A stretch of DNA of 56,224 bases, filler included, from Sluysia triapertura (taxonomy: Eukaryota), in the NCBI GenBank assembly GCA_046118255.1. It is 4 parts of 4 records of this genome, joined end to end, with 100 filler letters (N's around TTAATTAATTAA, not from the genome) between each part and the next. Parts side by side here need not be neighbours in the genome. Positions count along the whole stretch, not along the records: positions 18,904 to 32,989 come from JBJNIA010006108.1; positions 33,090 to 45,130 come from JBJNIA010145499.1; 2 more parts are not named here. One strand, given 5' to 3'. The position numbers and the translations under genes are program-made. The notes beneath the pieces are model-generated. The model did not search any database. It saw only the letters and a program-made list of their open reading frames with translations, and was not told the DNA's origin. Positions within the stretch are counted from its first letter, which is position 1. Each line of letters begins with the position of its first letter. Shown in pieces: positions 25,276 through 38,701 of the stretch.

Positions 25276-28200
25276 ACAATAAATAAAATTAGAGGACTTG
25301 TTTATGTTGCTCTATCCTACACTTATTAATAACGCAATAAAGATCACTAAAGTTTATTAATCAAACTATGAACAAATAAATAATACAGATTATCTCTTTA
25401 TTTAGTTTTACTCTAATACTAAATATTTAATAAATATTTTTAGATTGTGGTAGCGCAATCAGTAATTTGATTTTTAGTTTCACTTATGTGAAACTTAAAT
25501 TAAAAAGCTTACGTTCATCATGGAAGTCCGAGATAAATAATATCGTTGTCAATTTTGTTTTATTAGAACAGTAATTTTTTTTATCTTCCAATATAAAAAT
25601 GCTAAAATCGTAATATTTTCGTGTGTTATTATATTAGAGTTATACAGAAATTCTGATCGTAAAACTATCTTAAATAATCATAAAAGTTTTCACACTAATC
25701 GTAAAACTATCACAAACATTTTTTCTAAAAATTCAATCAAATAAAAATTTTATAAGAAATTTTATTGCGAAGATAAATTAAGAAATTTATTTTTATTGCG
25801 AAAAGAAAAGAAACTTATTAACATTTTTTATTAATTTACCATTAAATTTATGACACTATTTTTATTTAATTTTATTAATTTACAAGCGGTTACATTCACA
25901 AAATATTTACAAAATGTTTATGCTGCTTCGCTTCAATTCCCTATATTGCTAATGTTTACAATAGGTATACATCAAATCTTGGTACATTTAGTGTTAATAA
26001 CATCGACATCTAGCACAATTTTACGCTAAAATTGTCTAAATTATTTAATACTTCAGACTGATAAGTAAAAATACGAATATATTGTATTTTTGACTGGAGT
26101 AAGAATACAGTTGAAAATACTGGATAATGGATAGGTTCTATGTATGAGAAACAAATGCATCATTTGGTAGATCATTACGTAACTGACTTTCGTTTAACAA
26201 TGTTTTACACAATTGAATACTTGAATTAACCTTTAAAATATTAATAAATTCTTAGATTGTAAAAAATGAGTTTAATTTTATTTAGATCTGATTCAAAGAG
26301 AAATGCTTTTCACTTAATTTTATTCTCTCAATTTAAGTTTTATTTGTTTTGATTAACGATCATTCATTATAACTGAAAAGGTATTGCCTAATTAATTTCT
26401 TCATTCATTCAGCAAAATTAATAAAATAAATTAATTTTTAACTGAAGCTGTTCAATTTAATATTTTTGGGTACTGAATTTTTTTTACTAACAATGGTTAC
26501 TAATAACACTTTTTAAATTACTTATTTAAATTATACTTCTTTGCCACAATTTTGTTTCTTCCAATTTTTATTGGCCAATTAAATTTTTTAACATAATAAT
26601 ATGTAATAATATGTGTACTGTTGCTAATGCAGAAATTATTGCGTTGCTTAATTGTAGGGTGTTTTGTGATTTAATTTTTGGTATTATTATTATTATATTA
26701 TTATTATTATATTATTATTATTATTATTATATTTTATTATATTTTAATTATTCTTTTAAAGTAAATCTTCATCTTTAATTATTTTATTCTTACAAATGTA
26801 GAGTTTTAATGTAAATTAGTGTAAAGTTAATATAAAGTTTAATTTTATTGAGTCTTAATGGTTTAATAAAGTTTAAAATTATGTATAAAATGTATAAGAT
26901 GTGCAAAATGTGAAAATTAATTGAAGTTAATTAAAAATATTTTAACTAGCATTTAACAATTTTGTCTAAAATTTTGTTCATAATTTTTAGTATTTTGTTT
27001 TTAATTTTTGACAATAATCCATTTTTATCTTGAAATATTTTTGTATTTGTTTTATTATTTGTCTCGATATTTTGATGTGACATTAATTTTAAACAATAGA
27101 TTTTTATGACATTTTTTGTTACGTAGTTAACAAAGAATTTAACTAGGTCAATCTTTATCAAGTAAGAATTTTTTATTTTAAAGCTATTTAATTTAATATT
27201 AATAAAGACAATACTGATTTTTATGAAAAAATTATTAAGTACACAAGATAAATAGGATTTTACAACAAAAGAAATGATAATAACAGTAAAATAGTTTACC
27301 AGGAATTATTCTATATAATTCCAGTTTATAAAATTTTATTAACGATTTTACAATGATCTGTTACAAGATCAAAATTATTTCATTAAAAGATTTTTAGTGT
27401 ATTTTACACTGATATTTAATAATATCTTTTCCTAAATAAAATAAACTAACGTATACAGATTAATTGGTAAAAGTTTTTTTCAAATTTTGTCCTTCCAAAA
27501 ACCAATCAAGAAAATATGTAAAAAATTTATGTTTGATGTGTGATTTTTTATTAGTATTCATACTCTCATGAATTAACCTTGAAAGTTAATTTTTAAACAA
27601 AAATTATCAAATTAAAATTAATAAATAATTAAAAGTTAATAATAAAATTAAAACTAACTACAATGATAATTTCCAAAATAAATAAAATTTCCAATATTAC
27701 AAAATAAATTAATAAAATTTCCAATAAAAAATCAATAATTAATTTCATATAAGTCAGTCAATAAATTATTAAAATTTTTACAAATCAAAATTCATTCAAT
27801 AAATTGATAATAATAAATCATTTAATTTGTTTTAAATATAAGTCTTCAAAAATAATAATGTAAATAATTGTAATTTTGAACAAATTTATTGACTTTTGAC
27901 CTTTGACCTTGACCGCTCAAACCAAATCACAATCATAAACTTATAACACATAAACCACAATTACATCTAATACCATTCCATAGCACCAATAAATCTACTC
28001 GAAATATAAAACACCTATATTCGAATCAATTACAACATTTCAAACTCCTTATGCATCTAAACACAATCATCAATAACGCAGTACAACAACAAAAGCGTCA
28101 AATAAATAAACTACACAAGACATTGTACAATAACATCTTAAATATACCAAGAGTTTTATTGTAATTGTCCTTTTAGATTCATTAAATTACAACCTTCTCA

Positions 28201-28997
28201 ATAAGTTTTTTTTCACGATATTTCAATACGTAAACATTGTTTTCAATTATAAACTTCAATCAATATTTAATACCTTATTCTAACATTCTCTATTTCATTT
28301 TGCTACCCAGATCAAGTATCATACCTTCAAAAGTTAATTATATTTATCAATTCTTTCAAAACAATCCTTACTCAGAAATTTAGTCCCATATACAGTTTAA
28401 TTCATTTTAGTATCTTAGAAATCAATAAGAAGTTCAGGAAAATCAAATGCAGTTTTAAAGAATTCACTTTTATACAACGAAATAACAACGATAACTCGAG
28501 CATAGTGCATCCTGTTATCGTTGCTATTTCATCCAATGTCAGAAATTTTTATTTCATTTTTTTATCATATGTATGTTAAGATAGTATAAGAACAAAGAAA
28601 GATCGTGTTATAGTATTTTTCATGAAAGTTTATGTATTATTTTTTATTTTCTTTTTATTAATAAAAAATATTGATACTACTCATCACAATATTCATTTAC
28701 GTGTGAACACTGATGATGTCCAATCATCAGCAGTCACTATTTTTCTACATAGAGTTTGTTGTTCTGGTCATCATCAAATCAGGATCAATTTTAGTGAAAT
28801 GTATATTGGTAAACCCTGACTGGATGAACAAAAATAGACTGGCACAAAAAGCTAAAAATAAAGAATGGAAAATCGAAAAAAACAAGACTTAATAATTGTT
28901 GAGTAAAAAATAGAACAACGTCGTATTGAATTATAACTTATTGTGTGAACACAAAAATCAACGATTTAGAAAAATATTAAATAAAAACTTTTAAATC

Positions 28998-30150
28998 ATG
29001 AACGTCTCTCCTAGATTAATTGGACGTGCTCTTACAGTTGAACCTGATGAAATTCCATCTGATGATAATGTAAACAACACCGTAACAATAAATTCTGAAA
29101 AATGTGAATTATTGATAAAGTCATTAGAAGATCTAACTAAATCGTTAAAGCTTTTCAAACATATTTTTCTTAAATCTCATAATCAGCAATCTAATACTAT
29201 TCATTTTGCTCACATCCAACCAGAATTCACAGTAATAATTGGTAATCATCGAAAATCGCAATCCATTGAATTAATTTCAATTATCGTTATGCGGATGTAT
29301 GAATTATTAGGTTTAATGTCTCAGATAAAACAGCTGACTTTTAATGAATTGCAGAACCTACAAGATGTATGTATTTCCAGAATTGTTATTTCAGATTACC
29401 GTTTGGAATGTTCACTTATTCTCTGTGAAATTATATGATTATGTACACGATTTGCATACACGTTCTGCACACGATTTAACTATCCAAGCTTATTTATGTT
29501 ATAGTCAATATAATCTAAAAGATTATCTACAAAATCTTCATGTATTGTCATCACAAATAATTTTAGTAAGGCGACGAATTATATCTCAATTCTCTTTAAG
29601 TTATATTAGAATTCTCGGGCCCTTTACGTCAAGGTCTTTGGCAAATACTACGTAGTATCGAAGAGTTCCAAATATTCATCGATGTTCGTTCAGTACAAAA
29701 GTCATATAAATTCAATCATGATCACGATTCATCAGAATTGTTTAGTTTTAGTTTTGTTAAAGATTCAATTCATCACGAAATTATTAGCATACAATTCATG
29801 CCACTTAGTACTATCTTATACAAATTTATGTTACAAGGATCAATTTTAGTTGTTAAAGATATCAATCATTATTTAATTCAAACGACTCATTTTAAAGATT
29901 CGTTGAGTAATTGGTGGTCACTATATAACATTGATTGACATATGTGTCGAAAAGCATATTATTGATAAATTATTCGATTACGAAAGAATGTTATTATTTA
30001 CAAATTACTCATATTGTAAATCTGTCAATATCTACATAGATAATATGGTCATATTTTCGTCACTTTTGAATAAAGAATGCAATTATTTAATAGGGCAATT
30101 AGTCAGAAAGATGATTACATTAGGTTTGGACCAATGGCGAATACTATGAG
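28998..30150 (+). pseudogene. Probable nucleoporin Nup155/Nup170 C-terminal-half pseudogene fragment
   Basis: Blocks are collinear with recalled Nup155 sequence: RALTVE (ASLVVE), CELLIKSLEDL (CQLLESVLQEL), QSIELISIIVMRMYELLGL (ISLQAIQQLVRKSYQALAL), QIKQLTFNEL (QLKITTFKDL), LQDVC (LQDIC). Split over frameshifted ORFs with internal deletions; not verified by search. Confidence 0.5.
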
Positions 30151-31131
30151 ATCATTACCTTGTCCGGCAATTATATTCTTTAAGTAATCAACTACGGATG
30201 ACATTCACCAAAACCTTAGTTATTACAAGATTTTCGGTAGATGTTTATTATTTGTATATAATTAATAATTATATTATTTTTTATTTTTTAGATTGTAAAT
30301 ATAAAACAAGGATCCGCGAACTACAATGTGGTGTAGCGACAAGTTTTAAGATAATAATTTTAACATTACAAAGAAATTTGAAATATATGCATAGATTTCG
30401 TTTTATGTTCAATAAAATCTTTTTCTTTATTTGTTATAAAGTTTTTATTAATCCTATGGAAAAAGTTAAGTTAGCATTACTTGATATTAAATGTGTGAAC
30501 AATAATATAGACAATAATAGAAATAATAGTACAAATGATAAACCAGTGCCTTTTAGGCCATTTGATAATAAGTTCAACTATATTTGTCTTATCTTAATAA
30601 TTCCCTTCTCTACAACATCAAAATTCGAATTTATACATTGTAAGAGCTTAATCTATAATAAAACTGTATTATTTAATTTAAAATTAAACAACATACTCTT
30701 TCTAATAATCGGTCGAACAAATACACCACGAAACTGGTGTCAGCTGAACATTATAGACAAGCCTCCAAATTCGTGTCAAATTTTAAACATTACTAAACCT
30801 CTAAAAGGAGTTGAAAACAAAAAGTATATGTGTGATGTTTATTTGTTGCTTCTAATGTTTGAAAATATATGTAGAGATTGTTCTATTGCATTAAGACTAT
30901 GAGTAAATAGATTTAAATGTGTTGGTTATTAATTTCGTTAATAGTTATACTTTAAGATGACGGAAAAATTTTTTGAATTTATAAAATGTGCGACTTCGGA
31001 TCACATAGACAAAAAATAATGGAACTTAATAATAATAATATTAATATTATTAATAATGATAATAGTAAAAGAGTAATAATAAGAAAAATAAGTTTAAATA
31101 TAAGTTTAAAAATATGTATTCATAATAATTA

Positions 31132-31810
31132 TTAACCTGTTGAGTGCCAAATTTTAATTTATAACAAGTACACATCACATTGAAGATAATGGTACAGGGA
31201 ACAAGTTATAAGTGGAAAAATTTTTATTATGATGGTATGACATAATAATTAATAATTAAAAAATTGAATCAAACAAATGACATTTAATAGAAAATTTTTG
31301 AAACCAAAGCGGCGACGAGGTATTACGTAAAAACTAAAAATTGAAAAATTTGGGAAAACGAAATTTTTGAAAATTTTTTGATAACACTACAATATATACA
31401 CATAATACGCTTTGCACTACACACAAAGTGACTGAGGTATTATATCTGGAAAATGCCGACCGCTTAGTCTCACTGGTATTGCTTCATTTGATGGTCTATC
31501 AGCTGTTGTATTTATTGCTACATGATACTATTCGATCAATTCCTTTTCCATCTGTAACTTAGAATCATTGAAATATTGGCATGAATTATTGAATCTTCGA
31601 AATATCAAATGCAAAACAGTTTCTTATACCATTTCAACACTCCGATCAATATTTGTGTAAGACAGTTGCATGTATGCATTATCAAGTGCGCTCATTTTTT
31701 TACAATAATCGATATCGCATGTAGGTTTCAAGATTGTTCTCCCTCTCCTAATGTCTATTTTCTCAGTCTGCGTAATATTGTAATAGTTTATCTGTCCATT
31801 TGATTGCAAA
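31132..31810 (-). mobile_element. piggyBac (PGBD4-like) transposon 3' remnant with terminal repeat and TTAA
   Basis: KPTCDIDYCKKMSALDNAYMQLS matches KP..I.DYN..M..VD..D; then LKWYKKLF, RLSGRHFP and Cys-rich remnants. The end reads ggcactcaacagg-TTAA at 31148-31132. Confidence 0.85.
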
Positions 31811-31889
31811 TAAATTATCCGTTGAAAATTTTTTTCATTTTTTTGCGAATTTTGGTAAACAAGTACGTGTTTTTATTGAATAATAACTG

Positions 31890-32046
31890 TGTTGGGGTAA
31901 ACAGGCCTAAGGCGCCATTTGGTAAAATTGACATTTGTAAAATAAAACTGTTAGACGGGGCTGATAGCTCAGTGGTAGAGCATAGAACTGTGCAGCTAGA
32001 GGTTACGGGTTCGATCCCCGGTCAGTCCACTTTACGAAGTCTAGCA
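31890..32046 (+). mobile_element. tRNA-carrying ~157-bp TG...CA repeat, copy 2
   Basis: TGTTGGGGtaaacaggcctaaggcgccatttgg...tgttagac-[tRNA]-ctttacgaagtctagCA; flanks actg/attg may be a 4-bp TSD with one mismatch. Confidence 0.85.
31958..32029 (+). tRNA. tRNA-like gene/pseudogene: G3:U70 acceptor stem, A73, nominal anticodon GTG in a poorly paired arm
   Basis: GGGCTGA/TCAGTCC acceptor, D arm GCTC-AGTGGTA-GAGC, T arm (A)CGGG-TTCGATC-CCCGG; A and B boxes intact. Confidence 0.65.
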
Positions 32047-32989
32047 ATTGGAAAATAGAAAGACTTTTATACCAGTTATCGACATAGAAACTGTATCCAA
32101 CATTCGAATAAGGTTAAATCAACTCACTAATATCTACGTAAAATATAATGAGTATTCTTACGGAAATAGAGTATTTTCGCTGTCGTATGTGTATTTCCTA
32201 ATGTTTAGTTATTCTCTTTGCATGCCATGCTGCTTTCAGGATTTGATCTGGTAAATGTGGTTAAAAAACAAAATAAAAAGAAACTCTTTCAAAAAAAACA
32301 AAAACAAAAGGGATCGTTACTATATAAATTTTGAGAAGGGTAGAGGATTAAATTTCATTTAAAGTTAGAGATTTTTTGATGCTTGATTTTTTTAAAAATT
32401 CTGCTCAGTTCAAAAGTTATATTGATCTCACACTTAACATGTTAAAAACGTATAGAGAAATATATTCAAACTGAAAAATAAAACAAGACTTTCAAGCAGA
32501 ACAAAATCTACGACATTAGGAAAGATAGTTGTGTTACATAAACAATGACAACTTTAGAATAATGATGAGAACAATTACACCTTATAATTTTAGTCTGGTT
32601 TATAGAATATTTGAAGAGTAATTTTGAATTTATTATTAAGCGTGTGAATTGTGTTAAGGGATTTTGATTTTGAGTAATTGAGGGTGTAAAAATTGTGTTA
32701 GTAACAACATCATCTAACAGTAATGTCCTAATTTTCAAAAATATATATATTTAGTGCATATAAACAATTAAGGTGTTCATCTATGAAAAGCATTTCTAAG
32801 TATTCTTTCAAAGTTAAAAAATAAAATATTCGGAATTTGTTCACGAAATTGGTCAATAAAAATAAAAGAATAATGAAAAGAGTTGGCAAAAAACAATTGA
32901 ACAATAAAAGGAAAATAATATAAACAACTAAACAATCAAAATTTTTGCAAAACTAGCGAATAACAAGAATTAAAATGTTGACGCATTTG

Positions 32990-33089
32990 NNNNNNNNNNN
33001 NNNNNNNNNNNNNNNNNNNNNNNNNNNNNNNNNTTAATTAATTAANNNNNNNNNNNNNNNNNNNNNNNNNNNNNNNNNNNNNNNNNNNN
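32990..33089. other. Scaffold gap with artificial spacer
   Basis: N-TTAATTAATTAA-N. Confidence 0.97.

Positions 33090-33161
<72 letters not shown>
33090..33161. repeat. (ATT)n microsatellite (others near 6700-6752, 26683-26740, 37382-37438, 39729-39805, 45890-45927, 47213-47265)
   Basis: Direct read. Confidence 0.95.
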
Positions 33162-33162
<1 letters not shown>

Positions 33163-36100
33163 GGGTAAATAAAATACAGATCACCTTACATATATAGATC
33201 TCGCAAAATACCCTCAGACAATCTTAAAAACTAGGACGTCATTAAGTTAGCAACTTCTCTATAACAAATATTGCTGTGGGAAATAAATATAACTAAAGTG
33301 CGAGTAGTATAGTTAGTTATTTCATAGAATAATCTTAAAGTTATAAGTGCTGCTACTTACAAATACGTCTCTTTAGGTCTAAATCGCATGTCGTAACCAT
33401 TATTAATTTAAACAATTTGCAGAAAGTATTAGGAAAATACCAGAAATATATATATATAGATTACATTTATATTTACATTATTAATATTATACTATATTAC
33501 ATTTTATTTACTTTAAGTTAATTCAATGCACCAACAAAGTGCAGTAATATAATATATATCTTGTTACATATAATATAAGCACTATATTATTATCCATTAC
33601 ATGAAAACCAATAGATACTTAACAATGCAATCAAAACGCATTTATTTCGACTAAACTCTCATGATTTTCTCTTAAAATAGCAGTTTTGCTCTGCTGGTAG
33701 ATTAATAAATTGTCCAAAACTTTTACAATTGCTATGAAACTATTATTTAATCAATATTGATAAGAATGTTACATTGGGTAACATTATTTAAAAATAACGA
33801 ATTAATAATCATTTTATTTTTCTTTATTTCATCTATTTTGTATCAGTAATTTAAATCGATCAAATAAAAAGGTTTAGTATTACATAAAATAATTTTTTAA
33901 TTTAAAATAAAATGCAATAAAACCCTTTTTCTTAAAAAACACTTTCTTAATTGTTGAATAATTTGATATTGATTTTAACAAAGTTACATGATTTTATTCA
34001 CTTATGACTAGTATTCAGGGCATTTAACAGCACACAGTGTTGAAACGCAACTGACCTAAAATATAAGTGATTTACAGAAGAACTAATCAATACATTAAAA
34101 AAATAAACGTTGATAAAAATATAAATATCAAATTAATAAGGTTCCAAAGACCTTTTTAGTAAAATAAATTGTCATAAATTGCAAAAAGTAAACAAAAATT
34201 AAGAATAGTTTTTAAATAAATTATTTTGATTATAACCTCACAAAACTGATCGAATTTCACTTTATATACAAAATATACCATTATAATCGAAAAATGTTAT
34301 ATGATGCTCTCCGTGATTCTGAGTTCGACTTTATCGCTAATATTATATAATAAATCACTAGTTTGTTAAATTTGTTAATGGAATATGATATCGATCAACA
34401 GTAAATATAAAATTTCCTAAATTTTCATTATAACATAATACCATTGTAAATTTCTTTACACTGTATAGAATATATTACATCAGCATTAGCTATTTACGCA
34501 ATTAATTGCGTGCCTTGTTATTGTATTTAGTTAATTTGGCTAGTTTAATTAATACAAGACAACTTGTATATTGCAGAATTGACCAAACTATATGGATATA
34601 TTGATTAATACTTTACAAATTACGTATGTTCGTAATATTATGACAGTAAAATAGATGAATGTAAGAAACCTGGAACAAGGCAAAATGGTTAGACTCCAAA
34701 CATATCCTTAAAACAATTATTTTTGCCTTTTACTCTACTTTTTGGATAAAACACAAACTAAACATGTATATTTGTGCATAATAGTTTACCATGTGTGAAA
34801 TTACTTTTATTTCAGTCGAAAAAATGTGATTTTGTGTGTGTGGAATAAAGTAATTTGAAGTAAAACTTGGTAATTTAAAAATAGTAAATTTTACTTTAAA
34901 ATATTTAAATATTTTTAACAAATTATCGATAATAATAAATAGGTTAATAACAAATTATAAGGGAATACTTCTATCGTCTTAAATTTAACATATTTTTAAG
35001 GTTATATGAAATTTTTGTCTCATTACTGGTGATATATTTGGTGGCCAACATTTTTACACAAAATTTTAATACATTACACTAAACTAAAAATCATATTTTT
35101 ACAATACCCAAAGCACTTATTACATCAAAAATCATTAAATTTGTATGTTAAATTTAAAAATAAACTAAATGGAATTTCTTTTAACTTCACTAATTTCCTC
35201 TGACAATTTTCTTTCATATTTTTTTATTATCTTTCTTCTCATCTTCTACAATAATCCAAAGCACAATAATCATATTAAGAACTTAAAGAACGAGAAGACC
35301 GAAAAAGCAGAAATTGTGCAACAAATTGATTTGAAAATTTTACAAAAGAAATTGTCATCAGATAAGGCAAAACGAGAAGAATATTTTAAGAAGTAGAAAA
35401 ATATGATGAAGACATAACATAAATGGTGCTTTCTCATTGTATGAAATTGAAAATTTTCATAACGTTGAATTATTCGACATGTGTATGACAACAAATCATA
35501 ATTCGATAAGACATAAAAGTAGAAGTTTTGGTCAAATAAAACAAAAATGAAATCAACGAATTAGATCTTATTCAAAATGATGACTAAAATATTTCAACTG
35601 GAAATCATTAATTCAAGTATCATATATGTAGACAATGTCGAAAAACAACTAATGCAAAAACAGCGAGCTCATATTAAAGAACTACAACGCCGTCAGAAAA
35701 CAGTAACAACATTTAAATTTGTTACTAATGCATGAAGCAAGTGCTCGGAAAAAGGTGGCCGTTTACAAGCAATATAATGAAATGTGTTACGAGAATATAC
35801 ATCTGCTATGCGAATTATACATGGAGATTCGGTTAATAACTTTGACTTTAACGTAAATATATGAATGTAATGAGTCTATAGAAGCAAGGTCTTATCGATT
35901 TAAATTATCCAATTTAATTTTCTTTTTTGTTATTTTAAATATAATAAAACGGTAGTGAGGGCTCAGGTTAAGAATAAATTAAAAGAAATCCAGAACAAGA
36001 AAGTGAAGTTATTGATTGAATTGAAAATATTATAGGTAAAAAAATTGGACAGATCTAAAACTTATAAAGATATTTTGAAAATTGGTGATTTTGAGATTAT

Positions 36101-36857
36101 TATTATATTAATTTTTAAACTATTTTTATTAATATTATTATTATTATTGTCAAATCTAAAAAATCTAAAAATAGATTAATATGTTTTAATAAATCTGTAT
36201 CATAATAATTATGAATAAATATAAAAAAGCTAAAAATAGATTAATCAATATAATAACATTAATATTAATAAAAAATCGATTTTTGTAAATGTAATGTTTA
36301 ACTAAAAATAGTTTTAGTTAAAAATAGTTATTGGTATTATTATAATTATTACTTTTATTATTTATTTTATTATTATTATAATTATTATTTTATTTATTTT
36401 GTTATTATTATTATTGTTATCTTTATTTATTATTGTTATTTTATTAAAATCATTATTAATATATCTTTCAAAAATTTTCTTTTAATAATTCAGTTTTATT
36501 TTTGAAAAAATCGGTCATGGACGAAACCAAAAAATATATAAATATGAACAATTTCTTACAAAACTCCACACACAATATTTTCACAACAAATTTTCATAAT
36601 ATTTTTACTATTTTTTCAAATGAAAATATAATTTTTTGGAAATTCAATTGTTCAACATTATCTGCTAAAGCTCCATACTTGAATTATAACACAATCGCGA
36701 TTCGCTCGAAAAATTATTTACTGGATTTTCTTTCATAGATAAAAACCGTTAGTTTGATTTGTCTAAGTTTAATCAATTTTAGTTGATTGTAATTTATTAC
36801 TTAATCTGATTTTGTAATTATTTTTTAACCCCCTTTTTAAGAGGTGAGGTAATACTT

Positions 36858-37342
36858 TGTAAAAATATTTATAAAGAGATTATATAATAATCTTGATAAA
36901 CTTATTTTGTATCATTATATATCTCTGTAAATTTATACTTTTATAAATTTAATAATACATTTTCTTACAGATTTTGCTTAATTTTTAATTGTTGTCTAAA
37001 ATAAGGTCGCTGATTTCATTCGGACGAAAAATATACTCAAATTATACATAAAAGAGATATTAGTAATTAAGGTTCACGGTTTTTGAAATGCGGTTGAAAA
37101 ATCTACTTAAAATATCATTTGTGTTTATTTTATAAAATAACAAAAGTTCTTTGAGCGTTTTTTGACTAACCTTTAATAATTTCTTAGAGCCGACATTAAC
37201 ATTATATAAATCACAGCATTTTTGCACAAAAATTATAATCGATTTAATATAAACTTACTTATACCTCCATATAAGTTCTTCTAAAATACTGCTTACAACT
37301 TAGCCCTTAAGTGAGTAAGTCTAAGATTATAAGGAACTCACA
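36858..37342 (+). mobile_element. Possible LTR preceded by a purine-rich tract
   Basis: aagaggtgaggtaa shortly precedes TGTAA; the end gcccttaagtg...actcaCA recurs in reverse at 9453-9495 and 10820-10860. Confidence 0.35.
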
Positions 37343-37380
37343 GTATAAATTAAATTTAGCATTTGCACATATCGTCTCGA

Positions 37381-37438
<58 letters not shown>

Positions 37439-38329
37439 GTGATGGCCGGTTTATTAATGCATGAATAGTATTTTAAAAAATGAAATTTTATTATTTGAAT
37501 TCAAAATAATTAATAAGTTAAGATTGTAATAAATTATACGTCTTTCTTTAAAAACAAAAAAGATAATAAACAATTCTTTTATTTAGAAGATGTGCTACAC
37601 AAATCAACCTTTTAAAAACAATAAAATGTTACATAAATGAATCACTTACAAGATTGTAACTTGGAAGAACACACTGTATGAAGGAAGCGATATAACAAGA
37701 TGCATAGCAGGAATAAAGACTTCGACGAACATTCGATCCAGCCTGTATATACTTTGTTGTACTAGTAGTATTTCGTGTGCACGAATCGTAGACTTCGTCG
37801 GTCTCTCCATACTCATATCCGAAAATATTTCGAATTTTGAAAATATAAGTATTAGATAAAAAAGGTTCACAATCGTTTTCAAACATAAACTCGTATCTCG
37901 TTATTCTTAACTCATTAGGAGTTTCACAAAGTTCGCATTTAATGTTTGTACACTTTTGGCACCTTGTAGAAGCTATATTCTTCACGTACGTAAAGTTTCT
38001 TTACTATTTACTGTACGATCATGAGAGTACTTAATTTTTATATCATTAACAGAACTATCAAGATTACTACTACTGTGATGATCAACACGGACGTCACAAT
38101 TACTTTCATCATCATCAAAATTATTATCAAAAAATCATATTTATCATAGTCATTAGTCTCGTTATGATCATAACAATAAACAAACATAATAAAAGATTTA
38201 AAATAATTTGCGCAAATTTTGAATCTTAATATCATAAAAACAGAAACGAAAGAAAAGAAAGCATTCGTAACGATTAGAATGTTCTGCCACCTAGATTATC
38301 TTTTTGAAATTTCCAATTACAAGCACATG

Positions 38330-38701
38330 TTATGTACTTTTTTCGTGTGAAATTTCTTCATGAAATAAGCTCAAAACATAAATATCCAAACCATGTCTAA
38401 ATCCGGAATATAAAGTGTAATTGCACCTTCCATCTAAAAACATCTGAAAAGACAACTTCAATTTTAAACATTCACCATAACTTACTGCAAGCACATTATT
38501 TTCATCTTCATTTCCTATAGGATACGAACTCAAACTGACATCAAGTTCTTTCATTGAACTTTTATTCATAATGAGCGTAAAAATCACAAAATTGGCTCGA
38601 AAGGCTTTCCATGAACTTAGTTTCATTAGGTTTTTCTGTTTGATAAGACAATTTTGTAAGCTAGACTCAAATATAAGATAAATGTCTTCATAAAATGCCA
38701 T
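38330..38701 (-). CDS. Unassigned coding-like segment (123 aa), probably part of a degraded gene spanning ~37630-39500
   Basis: Open frame with protein-like composition in an AT-rich background; neighbouring coding-like pieces on the same strand contain stops. No recognised motif. Confidence 0.25.
   Translation of the reverse strand: MAFYEDIYLIFESSLQNCLIKQKNLMKLSSWKAFRANFVIFTLIMNKSSMKELDVSLSSYPIGNEDENNVLAVSYGECLKLKLSFQMFLDGRCNYTLYSGFRHGLDIYVLSLFHEEISHEKST

Noticed and set aside
28622-28819. YIGK as a Penelope GIY-YIG endonuclease remnant
   Set aside because: Only four residues match; no upstream GIY/VY motif or downstream R..EH.
30198-30902. 234-aa ORF
   Set aside because: Composition mirrors AT-rich non-coding or TE debris (I/N/K/F-rich) with no coherent domain; probably a chance frame.
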